From Rhodosorus marinus CCMP1338 (taxonomy: Eukaryota > Plantae > Rhodophyta), in the NCBI GenBank assembly GCA_029953675.1, contig JAMWBK010000005.1:2108001-2172000 (forward strand): DNA of 64,000 bases, given 5' to 3'. Under the pieces are notes generated by a model, which saw nothing but the letters and a program-made list of their open reading frames with translations, did not search any database and was not told the DNA's origin. Numbering within the stretch: position 1 is the first letter of the stretch; every line of letters begins with the position of its first letter. The position numbers were made by a program, and so were the translations under genes. Shown in pieces: positions 1-13,139 of this stretch.

Positions 1-967
1 GCTTCAATCACTGCGCTTGAAGTGCATGGAGAAAGCTCTTCTAAATGCATGATCTAATCAAGATCATAGTATAAGCACAAGATCGTCCAGTTTTGGCAAG
101 GGCGTTTGTGAACAAACAGAGCGATGGAGTTTGGTCGTCAACATATCCACGAGACAGATACAATCTACCAGTCCAGTCTTTAAAGCATCCGCAGACAACC
201 GAAAGAAAGGGAGTACTAGAAGTGAAGAGCATGGGGTGAAGGCATTCTAGATTCAGCTCTCGGAAATTTCAAGCTGCGGCTTCTGTAATCTGAACACGGA
301 GCTCTGCTTCTCTCCAGGGTCTTGACTCTGCTCGGAGCACAGAATGAGAGCGCGCGTGGAGAGCAAAACGTAATATTGGACAGAAATGGCCCCATTCGAC
401 GTATCTTGTACATTGGAAAGCATTTCAATAACCACACGCACGTATTACAGATTCATTGCTGATTCTGAGCCCGTCTTTCCAAAGTGTCAGCGGGCACCTC
501 AAAACTGTTGACGAAGTTCGTGATCCTTTCTTACTGGCTACCTATACTGTATATTTACAAAATAAATAGATGATTGTGCTTCTCGTTCTCCTGAAGTTCA
601 TTGATTTCAACAATCCACGAAACTACAGCACGCGCCGCACACCTCTATTGGGCATAACAGTATCGCCTAGTGAAAATATTTAGATAGACAAACTTCATAT
701 ATTCTAAAAGCGATGGAATTATTATATAAAATGGTTTGCTTGATGTACCTGGTAGTGTATGGATTGACTGAATCAGCCGGTTTCGCTTTCTAGTGCCTCG
801 TCTGGGCGCTTCGCGAGGAGGTAAGGTTGTTGGGGAGAAAATGGGTTTCTGGTGGCAGTAAGGAGATGTTGCTTTCAAGTTTTGTTCGCTGGTTGCGTTG
901 CGGAAAGGGTTGAAAGTACACTTTAAGGATGATACTACGCTGAGACCATTCGTAGGTGAGCGGGACA

Positions 968-3900
968 ATGGAGAATTCTTCTGAATCAGAAGGGGGTTCA
1001 AACCGACAGAGCTTGGACTCAAATGATATCACCGCGGCTGGGGAAACAAACGAGCTTCGTGAAGATGACAGCAGAGAATCGTGTTCACATGAAGTCGAAG
1101 AGCAATTGGATTATCTCAAGCAGCATTCCAGAGCTGCTACTGACGAACTTGCCCGCGAAGAGTTCCAAGCAAACCGGGCTAGTCCCGAACCGTCAACTGC
1201 GTTCACTGCGGAAGCGCCATCAACAATAGATACAGCGGAGCATTCTATTGAAGAGCTTCGAGACAAAATCACTACCACTGAGCTATTGATACAACTTGTC
1301 AACAACCGAGAACGAGAAAGCCTCAGTAACGGACTACTCCATTCTTCCCTTGCCGTTAACCCGTTGAGCGGGTCACGAGAGCACAAAGAGGCTCTGCGTA
1401 CAGCTGAGAATGGTGCAAAAGATGACAGATCTGCGGAAGGACACGGAGCATCTGGTGATTCAAACCGTGTGGGACCAAGATCGACTCCTTGCGAACAGGG
1501 AGAAAACTGTTTGCCATTAGTGGATTGCAAGGATTTTGCAGCATCCCACACTTTTGAGCGGGAACGGATAGTGGATTCGTCTTTGACGAAGGAGTTCAGT
1601 GACGCTGACGAGCTTCTGGATACCTCGAGAGAGGGATACTGCGAAGATGTAACTGTATTGGAAGGGGCTGAGAACCAGATCCCAGCTGAAGAAGAAGACG
1701 GACATGCAAGCGATGATTCGGAACTCAGGAGATCGGACTCGTGCATCGACTACCGTGGAGAAGACGAGCTTATGGAATCTGCGCACGAGCATGCGGAAGA
1801 GTCTCCACTGCAGGCGACAGGGCTTAAATCCTACGCTGACGTGAATAAAGCACAGAAAGCGCTAGGCAAGGGGTTATCTGAGATTCAGACATTTGCGCAC
1901 CAAGTGGTTACGAACGCCGAACAAGCTTTCGATTGTCTTTCACCTCTATCCCCGGCTCCGAATGTCTCTCAGAACGAACAGAAGAATGTAACCAATGTTC
2001 ATGAAGACGAGAGAGCGGCAGATAAGAGAGCTGGAGTAGAAAATTTTCTGAAGGTAGAATATTCGGCCACCTTCACCTGCACACTCAAAGAGTTGCATCC
2101 TAACGAGACTTGTGCTCACTTTTCTCATACCACAGGTACCGCTTCGGCTTGAGAAGCTGCTTGCGCTTGGATTTTTCATTTGTTTGGATGAGTTCTTAAC
2201 TCAGTTCACAACCCTTCCGCAAAGATGCCTTGGATCGCTTTGGCCGAAAAGGGCCTCAGGCCTCCGCGCCGATGTTGACCGAAGGGTCCAAGTAGCTCTC
2301 GACTGGGTCCACTTGTCAATGTTGATCTTAACTGCGCTGTCACTCTACGTGTACAATATCTCCTGGTAAGAGACTCGTGATGTAGCAGGCTCCCCCAAAG
2401 TCTATGTTTTCTGTCCCCTGACCACTGCTCTCATTTGGTTCAGGGTCTATCACAACATTCGAGGCCAAAACGTGATCAAGTTGTACGTCATCTATAATAT
2501 TGTGGAGATCTTTGACGGGTAAGAAGCTGCTTTCAGCAAGTATGTTTCCTCTGCTTGCGAGTGGTGTGGATAGAATGCGTTGAACGAACTTTGATGATCG
2601 AATTGCGATAATCCCTGTCGGCTGTATCAGGCTGTGCTCGAGTTTTGGTATAGATGTCTTCGACATGCTTGGATCTGGAGTAGCCGGAACGGTCAAGTTC
2701 CTCTCCGAGGAGGATACCATGTAAGGAACGATGAAAGCATTCAAAAATCGGCCTTGTTCTATCGTGCTAATGCATCCTTGGATTCCTTTTTCGCGACGTG
2801 GGATATCAAGACCTAGGGGAGATAGAAGGATGGTTTTGGCCCTGTCCCTGGTCGCGAGAACGGCTCTGGATTATTTCATCTCATGGTGTTACTCGTTCAT
2901 TCACGGATCGCTTCTATTAGCTTGGGTAATGAGAAACGCCTTTTTTTAAGGATTTGAGAAGAGGAGCTCCTTACCTATTAGTTGATGCCGTGGCATTCTC
3001 TGACGTAGGCGGTGACGCTCAACGTGTCCATCAACAGTGCTGCCGGGAATACAATCATGGTGCTGCTCGTCTCGAACAACTTTATAGAGCTCAAAGCTGT
3101 CGCCCTCAAGCCGTTCAAACTACAGAACTTGTTCCAGATTGCTATGCGTGACGCGGTGGAGAGAATCCAAATGTCGCTATTCGTTATCGCCATTGTCGCC
3201 TATACGCGAGGAGACTTCCGCGTGGGTATGACCTGGTACGGGCCCCCTGAAAACTGTCCATCTGCATGCCTTACTGAGGACAGTACTGAGAAGAAGCGGA
3301 TTCCGCCGGTCCAGGTTCACCATATTCCTTTTCGAGATTGTTGTGGACTGGATCAAGCACTCGTCCACTGCGAAATTCAACGGCATGAAATACGTAGCGT
3401 ACAACTCGTTCTCGCTGGTTATCAGTCGAGATCTGGTCGCGTCCAAAAAGCACTTAACGACGACGTCGATTGGAGGGTCGAACATTTCTAAGCGGGTATG
3501 TATTGATGCTATATCTTCTCATTGCTTTCGAAAAAGTCAGTATTGGTGTCAGAGACTGAATCTTGTTGTGTTTGTGGTTCGTTCAGTTGGGCTTTGTGAC
3601 TTTGCCTATGGGCGCGTTTGTAGTGCGAATGCTCGGGTCATTCATTTGGTCCCTACCGTACACCCACATCTTGTTGCTCATAGCTCTCATGTTTCTGATG
3701 AAGGTGCGGAATCAACTCTGACGTTCCTGAACTGCGGGTTTGCCCGCTTCTGTTTGTTGAGCAACAAAGGACGTTTTCCTTTCCTCCTTCAGGTGTCATT
3801 GAGCATAGGATTACTGGGTTACTGCTACAGAAAGTTGCAGAGGTTTCGTGTTGCACCTCGGTAAGCAGGTTACGTTGCACTAGTTTCATGCTTGAAGAAT

Positions 3901-4095
3901 GCTCCAACAGCGGTTGATACTTATTAGGTCATTTTTTACCGCAGCGACGAGGAACATGAGGAAGTCATACGATGTTTGTGCGGAGTTAATCGCTACTCCA
4001 TAAGAAAAGGTTGGTGTTTGGGAGCTGATGAGTGTCGTGCTTACCAAGCAGCACATAGATCTGAAATGCGACATTCCTCTTCAGTCGGTCTTTAA
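968..4095 (+). CDS. TAPT1: TAPT1/Emp65-family multi-pass ER membrane protein (multi-exon) with a long acidic, disordered N-terminus
   Basis: Exon 1 (968-2053) joins at GT2054..AG2135 to VPLRLEKLLALGFFICLDEFL. Later exons give NVIKLYVIYNIVEIFD, LNVSINSAAGNTIMVLLVSNNFIELK, RDAVERIQ, DWIKHSSTAKFN and a C-terminal GVNRYSI, all typical of this family. The 3' end is approximate. Confidence 0.85.
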
Positions 4096-5959
4096 GCAGA
4101 TACTTGTGGGAGCGCCGACGACGAGCAGTCTGCTGACCTTTTCGTGACGTCGAAGGCGCTTGTGGAGCGAAAGTCTTCCGAGACCTTCATCTTCTACAGC
4201 ATTAAATTTTGGGCTGTGAAGAGAGGGGCAGCAGCTTCTACTTGTTCTTTGGCTTGCGGAATAGCTCTGCTGTCCGATGAATACGTATTACGTAGTGTTC
4301 ATTCCTTTGATGAGCACCTGTAGAGACAAGGTTTCAGCTATCAGCTGATTGGAAGAAATTCTGAGGAGAAGTTCAAGACATGTTTCCGTGTCGACCAACG
4401 CTACTGAAGAATGGTGAGCTCCAAGACAGCATCATCGTGTTCTCTTGCCGACACCAAAGCGGTTGCTGAACGATGCATGCTCTTACATCCTATACGACTT
4501 TCCGCAGACCATGCCAGCATTCACTTCCCGTTTGCATCGAGAGGAGTTCAGGGAGATTCATAGCTCTGCAAACCCCCAGGTCAATGTCTGGGATCCTGCA
4601 TTGCACATATTCACGTTCTACGAATCGCCTGCATCCTCCCTCCACCTGAGTTTCAATGTACAATACAAATGGATAACATACCCGTGTATTCACATATATA
4701 TATAATTTCATTAAATTACGATCAACGAAACAGTACGTCAACGGAAAAATACGAAAAAAGGGGGATTGCACCAGCCCATGGTGCTTCACGTTTTTTCCCA
4801 GGACAGGCTGGCATTGGATCAAATTATTTCCAATTCTGGACACATGAAACAAAGAAAAGGCGAGCGGGAACCAACACTTCAAAATATCTCATCGTGATGA
4901 GATTAGCGGGAAACTTTATTTTATTCAATATATTTAATCCAATGAAACACATAATACAGTCGGTTGTCAATCAGAAAGGAGTAATATCTCCTAAATATTT
5001 CCCCAATATCAAAACGATATCCAATCAGCATGCAAATCTATTATTTATTCTTGTTTTTATACCCCCTTGGACTTGTTGTTATTGCGGAGGGGGGGGGGGG
5101 GAGAGAAATATCAACCTATTTGCAAGAAGTTTGCCCTTTAAAGTGATTAAGTCTACCGCCCTAGCTGACTCCCTCAGCGAAAAAAGTTTCGATGTCAGCT
5201 GAACTCGAGGCTCTTTTCCCTTATGACTCAATGGTTAAAAAAAAACGGACCCGAAAAACGAGAACTTATGAAAAACAGAAGAAAATATGAGACTGTCATT
5301 GCGTATGAGCAACCTTTCAAAGTCCCAACTTTTTTCTCCCCCCCCTTGCCCTGTGCAGCTTCGATGCTTCGATTCTGTTTGCATTGCATTACACTGGCTT
5401 CCGCGTTAACCTACAGTTTTAGTAAATAGGCTCTTTTAATATTTTTATGAGGTAATTCGTTCACTAAAAAATAGTCGCAAGGGGTATATCAAGTTCATAA
5501 CGATTGATGTGGTATTTTGATTTGTAAACAACCCCCCCTTTATAACACCTAAAAATCCTCCGTTACTCTAATCAATCAGTTGGGTATATTCCGCTGAACA
5601 ACTTTGATTGGTTACAAGTTTCAGGAGAATAGAAGAATATTATAAAAGTTTCTCCTGGAGATGTTTAATTGGTTAGATAAGTAAATGAATTATGAAGGAA
5701 TTTTTCTGGCTTGGAGGGAACCTCCTCCTTTTTTTTCTCCCTTGCACTCTGCGACGGAATTGTGGCTCGGGAGGCGATGATATAAACAAGCGGACAGGCG
5801 CTTGTGACGCGTGGCAGGTTTGGTGGTGGTAAGGGAGGAGTTTATGTAAGAGAGGCGGCTGAGCTGTGAATAGGTTTGTATAGGTTGAATTTTAGTTGTG
5901 GGATTTGTGTTCAGGCGTAAGGAGTTTAGTTTTGGAGGGTTGTTGGGGTTTTGAGAAGG

Positions 5960-6560
5960 ATGGTCGGGTTCATCGGAGGTGCAGCTTTGAGTCGGGAGAG
6001 CGTCTCACGACGACGATGTGGTGAGTAGTTCGTTGCTGGGCTGCTTTCCGTTTTCTCGTTCAGTATTGCTGAGAGGGTGTTTTCTTAATGCCAACCGTTC
6101 CTTTTCCTGCCAACCGTTCCTTTTCTCTATGACAGTGTGTAATGTCATTGCTACGCACGAGATGCTTGATGCTATGGTTGCGGATGCGGCAGTGGTAGAT
6201 AATAGTGAGGAGAAGCTGAAAGAAGGGATTCACAGGTTGAAGTGGCTTGACTCAAGGGAGAGCGAGAATGGGAGAAGGGTATGTGTCTCAACGGCCTCGG
6301 TTACATCTTGCGTTCAGTCAAATTGATTGCCATATCTGATCGCTGACGTACGCGTGAACCCTCTTCAGGTCATTATTGCACATACAAACCGATCTGAAAT
6401 CCGAAACCCGCTTCGGAGCATTTGCGCAATGAAAGCATTTGCCGAGTATGATCAATTTCTGAGAGAGCTTGCTGTTCCACAGTATTGCGAGCTAAAGGAC
6501 TCTGAGCTATACTACACCGAAGCCGGAGGCCTTGCATGTCCAATCCAGAGCAGGGGATAA
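5960..6560 (+). CDS. Small putative plastid-targeted protein of unknown function (3 exons)
   Basis: Starts MVGFIGGAALSRESVSRRRC (transit-peptide-like). A GTGAGT..CAG intron joins in frame to VCNVIATHEMLDAM, and a second GTATGT..CAG intron joins to VIIAHTNRSEIRNPLRS...PIQSRG*. Confidence 0.55.
6089..6125 (+). repeat. 18-nt tandem duplication inside an intron
   Basis: tgccaaccgttccttttc occurs at 6089-6106 and 6108-6125, just upstream of the acceptor. Confidence 0.9.
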
Positions 6561-7331
6561 ACTTGTAGTTTTCTGCGCGTACCGGATAATGAATGGTAGT
6601 GGTGATGGAGCAGTGCACAGAGGGGGATACAGTCATGTAAGTATATATTGAGGTGGGCGAGGGTAGAACCCAAAGCTTGTACATATATGGGGTGCCGAAC
6701 CGTGGAAGATACTGAGAACGCTTCATTGAATAGAGGCGCGGCAATGTCAATAGTTTTTCTAACTACAAGAACGGAATAATTCAGTCATCAAGAGATTCAT
6801 TGAATGAATTGGAAACGAATTCTCCATCCGATGTCAATATAAACAATGGGAGGAAAAATTAGATGCACATGTGCCGGTAATATGGCCTCTGAGGCAGCTG
6901 CACTGCTTTGAAATCATATCCCACTCCATGCCAACACCGAAAAACCTGTAGGACCCAAACCCAAAGGCAAACCATCCACGTGTGGATGCGAGAATATTTT
7001 GCAAGCAACGGTTCGCAGTATCTGCAATCATTCTCAGTTGCGTCCCCTCGGATCGTTGGCCCGGAAAGTAAATCACCACTCGTAAGATCATCTTCATCAC
7101 GAAGAGAGAAGATTCGACGCTGGTAGGCAGAGCGAATCTCTTACAGCGAAGTTCTCTCGTCTAACGGTAAACACGAGATGCAGGTCGGCTAACATAATCT
7201 TGGCAGAGCTTGGCCAAAGATAGATGAACGCCGCCCCGTCCATAATTTTGCAGTAGCGTCAAAGAGCTCGAATTGGCCAGTGGTGGAAACGGAATATCTC
7301 CGCGGACTGCACTAGTCAAAAACTCAGAGGG

Positions 7332-10300
7332 TCAAACTCTCACGTCAATCTCTGTCACAAGATCTCCGCCAAGCTTGCGCATTGCGTATATGGCATATTT
7401 CTTGTCGAAGACGATTTCTAAGCAGATGAGTGCGCGACAAGCGTTAGCGCAAATCTGCTAGGTTAGTGTTTCACCATGTATGGTCTAACGCACCCGTCGT
7501 CCTGTCACTTTCTTGCCCTTCTTCTGGAAACACTGGTTGTGAAAAGGGTAGTCCATAGAGAGTCAATTTCCTCGATCTGATGCTTCGTGGCCTCCAAACA
7601 ACGCCTACTTGCGTTCCTCCGTTCTGGAAAGGGCAAAACAGGAGCCTGGCATGAGCGGTGGCGTGCAAACTACTCGAAGAAACTGAGATGAAACGATAAT
7701 CGCCTACCTTGTTATGGAAGAACACAGCAACGTGACCGAATAGGGATTCAAGCCTCCTAACAAGCTCGTCTGTGGGATTCACTCCAACTAAAACGTTGAG
7801 AAGGCTTGGTGACGGAACCCGCGATCCTAGAGGTCCATTTCGTAGTACTCGTCGCTGCCGATTCTTAGAATCAATTCCAGCGGATAATGATGGTACGCAC
7901 TCCTCTCGCAGCATGATTTGCGCGTCGAACCTCGTCTTTGATGACTCTCTGAAGAGTGTTTTAGGGTTGAGAGGCTCATCTCCAGCGCTATCGAAACCGT
8001 TCATAAAGCTTCCAAGCGCAGCAGACGCAACAGCAGCCATCCTTTTCAGTACTACGCGTTCAGGCCCTCGCTTGTACGCTGGGGAGAATGACTTGCCAAG
8101 TAGGTCACCTGGGGTAGATACAATCATCGGCGGAGCTGAGGATCTTGATGGAAGCGATCGAAATGCTTTCTCCGCTTTCTCATGAATCGTATCATCGTCG
8201 TCAAAAACTACAACCAGAGGTGCAACCTCCCACGGAAAGTTTGCGAGTAGAGAGAGAAATGCCGCAAACGCAGTTGATGTGGACCCAGGGATCCGTCCAA
8301 GGGGCTGGCTATCGGGACTGAAAAAAAAGCGAGCTACCAACATCTCCACCAGCTCGTCGCAAAAGTGATTCCCCATCCAGTGCGAGGAAAGCCAGAGCTT
8401 GGCAAGCCTACAAGTCTCCTGGAAAGCCGCGCTTTCATCCTCTCCGCAGACTCTCCTGAGTGCGTTGTGTAATCGCGGCTGTCGAACAGTAGTCCAAATT
8501 TGCGTCTCCCGAAGCTCCTCAGGTAGGAACGCCACGATCGTGTCATATCGCAGCATTACTCTGAAAAAGAAGCCATCCACTTCTACTTCAACGTGCGTCT
8601 TTGTCGAAACTGCGTCAAACCCACCCTTCATAAGAGATTTCGAGATAGCCACGTAGAACGCCGCCATGGAGGCTCGGATGCCTTCGAGATTCTTTGGCCA
8701 CTCCGGGCTCGTCTCAAAGCTGAGAATTAGGTTCGAAACGGGACGATAACGTGTCTCTCGCAGGCCACCTCCGAGTACCGACGTACCCAGCATGATCTCT
8801 CCAGCGAACGCTACCTCGGCAACATCGAGTGGAATTCCATCGAGACTTCTCAGCGCATTCCCGAGCCTCTCAGCAGCTCTTCGGGCGGTGATTGATGCGC
8901 TGTTCGTTTGGGGTAGTATTGTGGACCAATCGTGGTGTATAAATCCAACGGACTCCCTATCCAGACCATCGACGTGAGAACCTATCGCCACCTCACATGC
9001 TTCCCGAACCCCTTCCATTCCACCCTTCGTCCATATCACGGATTCCACAATTCGGCCATCCTTAAATCGTCGGAGACCAGAACGTGAGCCCCAAAATGCA
9101 CGAAACGAGTCCCGATCCATATCAGAATCCTCTGCTGTGAGAACCCGTCCAAACTGATGTTCCGGGTTCAACAGTAGTCCGATACCAACAACGTCCCTGT
9201 CCAAGGAAAGGAAAAGAAGGAAAATTAGGAGAAACGTCGCCGCGAGTAGCAGCACAATGGCTTCACATCCACTTGATGAAACAGCACACGTAATGAAGAC
9301 TTGTGTTCTCATCTACTCACGAGAGAATCCTCGGTGATGCGAGATCACATGCCTTCCCAAGGGCTTTCCCGACAATCTCAGAACACCAGTGGGACAAGTA
9401 ATTCAGGTTGACACTGTTCGCTGTCTTAACAATAACCATGACGTCAAAACGTTCGGAGAGACTAAAGGTCGGGGACGTTGCGAAAAGGCATGCGTACGCG
9501 CCACCGAGCAAGTCACTATTCGTGCTCGAGGATTCTATCACCCTCAACGCGGCAGTAGCGTCCATGGAAACCTCTAGTTGCTCCGCTTGCGACAGCAACC
9601 ATAGCACGTCACAAGTCTCGGTAAGGTGGAGTGAGCTCTTTCCACCCGACATTCTCCTGAAGAAAGAAGAAAACAAGACGTCAGCGAACATGGGCCGTCC
9701 AGGAGCAACTAGCTAGAGGTCTATCTAACGATACGAGTCCATACCAGGTCGACAAGTACTGAAGACAAGCGAGGAACATATGCTGAACAGAAGCCATAGG
9801 CGGTACCACGCGGTCTAGGATCAACTTCGCAAGGCAAGCCGTGAGCATAAACGGCGTTATCGACAGATTTCTTCTCTCCCGCCAACGCTTCAAAAGCAGA
9901 AGAGCATCGCTGAAGCCTGCCGCCTTCGTTTTCACCTCGTTCAGTAGCTTTAGCATCGCGACAATCTGCATCTCCGATGCGAGCGAGTTCCAGTACATCT
10001 CTTCTGCCAATTCGGTGCCGAGAAGAGACACCCGTTTCGACACTTCACGCAGGGCGTCGTTTTCAATACCGGGAATGATCCTGATCTTCAACCTATTGCA
10101 CTCCTTCAGATCAGCCTCCGAAGCTCCGATAGCTTGCAAAGATGAGCTCGAAAGCTGCAATGTCAGCAAAGGTTTCAAGCGGTCTCCGCCCAGAAACTCC
10201 TTCCTAAGCAATGTGCCAAGGAAGCGAGACAAAGCGGGCTTGTTATGTTTTTCCTTTTTTCAGTCCGGGTCTACTACGGAGTGGGCTGTATGTATTCAGA

Positions 10301-10894
10301 GATAGAACCATACCCGAGCTCTACGTTTGTCCATCGAGATGACTTTGAAAGGTCAGAAAACAGCCCGACCAAGTATAAGAGTCGCCTGTCGAAGTACCGG
10401 TAGTTCTTATAGTCTGTTCTCTCCGTACACTCTTTCGGAATAATTACACAGAGGTCCACGCTCGGCATCTCTGTAGACCAGAGAAGTGTGCCAAGGAGGT
10501 ATGAACCAGCAAGAATCGTTCCCGACGGAGGTTTGTAGTTCAGGACCATGTTGGATCGATCTGATCGGAACCGCAGGGTCGGGAACTTGGCCAACATTCT
10601 CTTGGCGATCTTCCCATCACGTTTTATTGACCTAGCTTTTGATTCCTCGATTTCTTCGTTGAGAAGCTTCAGTCCGGATTCGAATGCCTTCAGCTTCGGA
10701 GCACGGGCGGACTCCAGCACAGAGTCAATCTGAACGCTGAGCATACCTAAGCCAGAGAAAAACCAGCAAAATACGTTTAAAACAACATCTCCTCAAATAG
10801 GAGTGAGTAGAAAGGATAAAGCTGGGAGCTCCATTCGTTCCGTACCGCCTCCAAAGCCTTCCGACTCCTTCTCCCTAATCTTCAACACCTCCAT
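7332..10894 (-). CDS. NOL6: Nucleolar protein 6 / U3 snoRNA-associated Utp22 (Nrap family), multi-exon
   Basis: Motifs include GSYLLGT..VDLCVIIP, DYKNYRYFDRRLLYL, DALLLLKRWRERR, FRAFWGSRSGLRRFKDGRIVESVIW, SFETSPEWPKNLEGI and ETCRLAKLWLSSH. The last exon reads EIVFDKKYAIYAMRKLGGDLVTEIDVRV*. ATG at 10894. Confidence 0.9.
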
Positions 10895-11439
10895 GGCGGA
10901 CGCCTCTCCGCGGCTAATTCGAGGGCGTTTCGCTGCTGGTTGACCTCGATAACCCATCTTTAATCAAAACTCAGATCCACGCTTCTGCTAGTAGGAAAAC
11001 AGTGTCCTTCCCCCGCCAGTCCTCTACTACAAGTGCGGCAAACACAGTCACAATCACCACATGCTCAGTGATACTCCTACTTACGGTTCTGGTCCTCCTA
11101 CTTAGTCCGTCCAATATTGTCACGTACTTGTTTAAACATGGCAAAACATGGATTCTAACAGTTTCAAAACCGAAGAAACGTATGCATCCGCCTCGCCACT
11201 TCCTCTATCGCAGTAAAGTCCATCCTTTCGGCATCACTTTGGCCAAACTTACAGGCCCAACTAGTTTTGCTTTCTCCAACTTCTGCTCTGGTCGTCACCG
11301 CCGGTGTTTATTTGTTTTAAAATTATAATTAGATTGAGATTTCCCATGGGGTTCACCAGCAGCGAATGCCTAACGAGAGCTTATTTTTAGCTTGAGAAGA
11401 GATAGTGGAATAATTCTAATAATTAGTCTGACTTTCTTA

Positions 11440-11520
11440 TGTCTGTGTTTTATTGGTAAGTAGATTCACGTAAAGCTTTGTGATTGGTTGTACGTCATTT
11501 TCGCTTTGACGTCGTTTGTT
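11440..11520. promoter_or_regulatory. Promoter island with CCAAT boxes and CRE-like motifs, upstream of NOL6 and the small ORF
   Basis: ATTGG near 11452 and 11484, followed by TACGTCA and TGACGTC, in AT-rich intergenic DNA. Confidence 0.4.
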
Positions 11521-11671
11521 GGTGAGTTCGATGCGTAGTTTTGACTACCCAAGTACATGTTGATGATTGCCTTGTCACGCTCCAGCGTGGCTCTTATTAT
11601 TGTTTGAGAGCTACGAAGCTGCGTATAATCTAGAGAGCTGTCGTCAAGGAAAAGAGTCGCAGTGGTCTCCG

Positions 11672-11920
11672 ATGTGGGAGTTCAATCCCAGCAATCGACT
11701 CACGTGGGAAGAACAAACCTCGGTGGACGGACCTCAGCGCTACCAGTCTCCGAGCAACGAAGTGGGGACGTCCGAACAAACTGTGGTCATGAAGAGTTTT
11801 CTGTTCGGAACTAACGTAGCGTCTGGTTCAAATTCAGTAATGACGCCGGGTCCGGGTAAGGGACGGATATCTCTCAAAAACCCAACCAAGGTCCCAGAAC
11901 TCCGTTCATTTCAGTTTTAG
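11672..11920 (+). CDS. Possible small protein (about 82 aa), function unknown
   Basis: ATG downstream of a GTGAGT..CAG 5'UTR-like intron and a CCAAT/CRE-containing island. No recognisable family. Confidence 0.25.
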   Translation: MWEFNPSNRLTWEEQTSVDGPQRYQSPSNEVGTSEQTVVMKSFLFGTNVASGSNSVMTPGPGKGRISLKNPTKVPELRSFQF

Positions 11921-12164
11921 TGGAATAACCTCATTCCTCACGATGGCTTTTGCGGGGACGGGCGCGAGTCTATAGGGTAGTGCTCCAGGATAGCAAGCCG
12001 TCATCAGTATAGTCTCCAGGTCATGTCCTTTTCTACCGTTGTGGCCCCGAGAAGAGGCTCAATTCGTGTTTCTCCACACGGCCTCCGAACAAGCGACAAC
12101 ACTGAGTTTTGAAGAGACCCTCGCTGGGGCCCTCGCTGCGGCAACCCCAAGCAGAACCACAATT

Positions 12165-12783
12165 TTACAAAAGGAGTCGTTCGATCTGGTCTCTCAAGTT
12201 TTGCACTTGCTTCTTCAGCTGTGAGCCTTCATTGGTAATAATAGAACTTGCTATGACCGGTCGAGAAACGCCACATGCCCGGCCGAGGGCCTGCTTGGAT
12301 GGTACAAACACATACGGTACATTCTGACGGAACACAAACCAGGATTCCATCGATTAGTCGCCTCGGTCTTATTTCTTCTGTCCGATATGGCTTTAGGGTA
12401 TCGCGTTACCTTATCCTCACACAATAGGGGAAGATGTAACAGAATCTCAAGCGGTTCCGCGTCAGCAGCCAGAATGATTAGCTCCGAGATACCGCGATTC
12501 AAGGTTTTGGTCGCCTCGTTAGCCCCTTTCTTCAGCTGCTTGTAGTTGGAAGCTTGTGCGACGAGATCCAATATGGAAATCGTTAGCTTCTCATCAGCAA
12601 GAGGGAAGGCCTTCGGATTAGCTTCGCTCTAGGATATCCAGCCAAGAAAATGAAGGGAGAGAAACGAAAATATTTGATAAGCCAAGATCCGGCGGTTAGA
12701 CAAGCAAGAGCAGCGGAATTTGCCCGACAAAAACAACACTCCGCTTCGCAACAACAACCAAGACCGGCCAAACAACTCACCAT
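12165..12783 (-). CDS. SNU13: SNU13/NHP2L1 (15.5K) kink-turn-binding protein of U4 snRNP and box C/D snoRNPs
   Basis: ATG (12783-12781) is followed directly by a GTGAGT intron (12780-12629). The next exon reads [55 protein letters not shown], then after an intron [25 protein letters not shown]...IERLLL*. Confidence 0.97.
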
Positions 12784-13139
12784 TTCTGCAATTCACCAAC
12801 GAAAAGGTTCAGAGCAGATCACCAAACAATCCGGTGCAGTCGGAGAGAACAGGAAACCACAACCCGCTGCGCAGAAACGGTAAGAAAAAAAATCCCACCA
12901 CAGAAACAATCGTACTTCAACGTATCAACCAGTAACTTTGAATCAACCTCCAAAGCTTTTTCTCGGTAGTTCCTCCCCCTCCGAGCTTCAGACAATAATC
13001 CTATCTCCACCCTCCGACCGACGCAAAGGATAACCGTATGCAGCGAAAATGCTCTCTAATGCATCTTCCTCATAGTCATCGATAGAAACGCCAGTCGCCG
13101 TGACCGATGCCCTATGACAAAACCTGCTTACATAATCAA

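Noticed and set aside
1-900. Short ORFs on both strands at the window start
   Set aside because: No recognisable motifs or consistent exon chain. Probably UTR or the end of a gene outside the window.
645-1792. Minus-strand ORFs of 60-211 aa
   Set aside because: Antisense shadows of TAPT1 exon 1. The same applies to the many antisense ORFs over NOL6, trpB, GCN2, Lon and the Kelch gene.
12629-12780. Possible intronic snoRNA in the SNU13 first intron
   Set aside because: No convincing C/D or H/ACA box arrangement on the sense strand.
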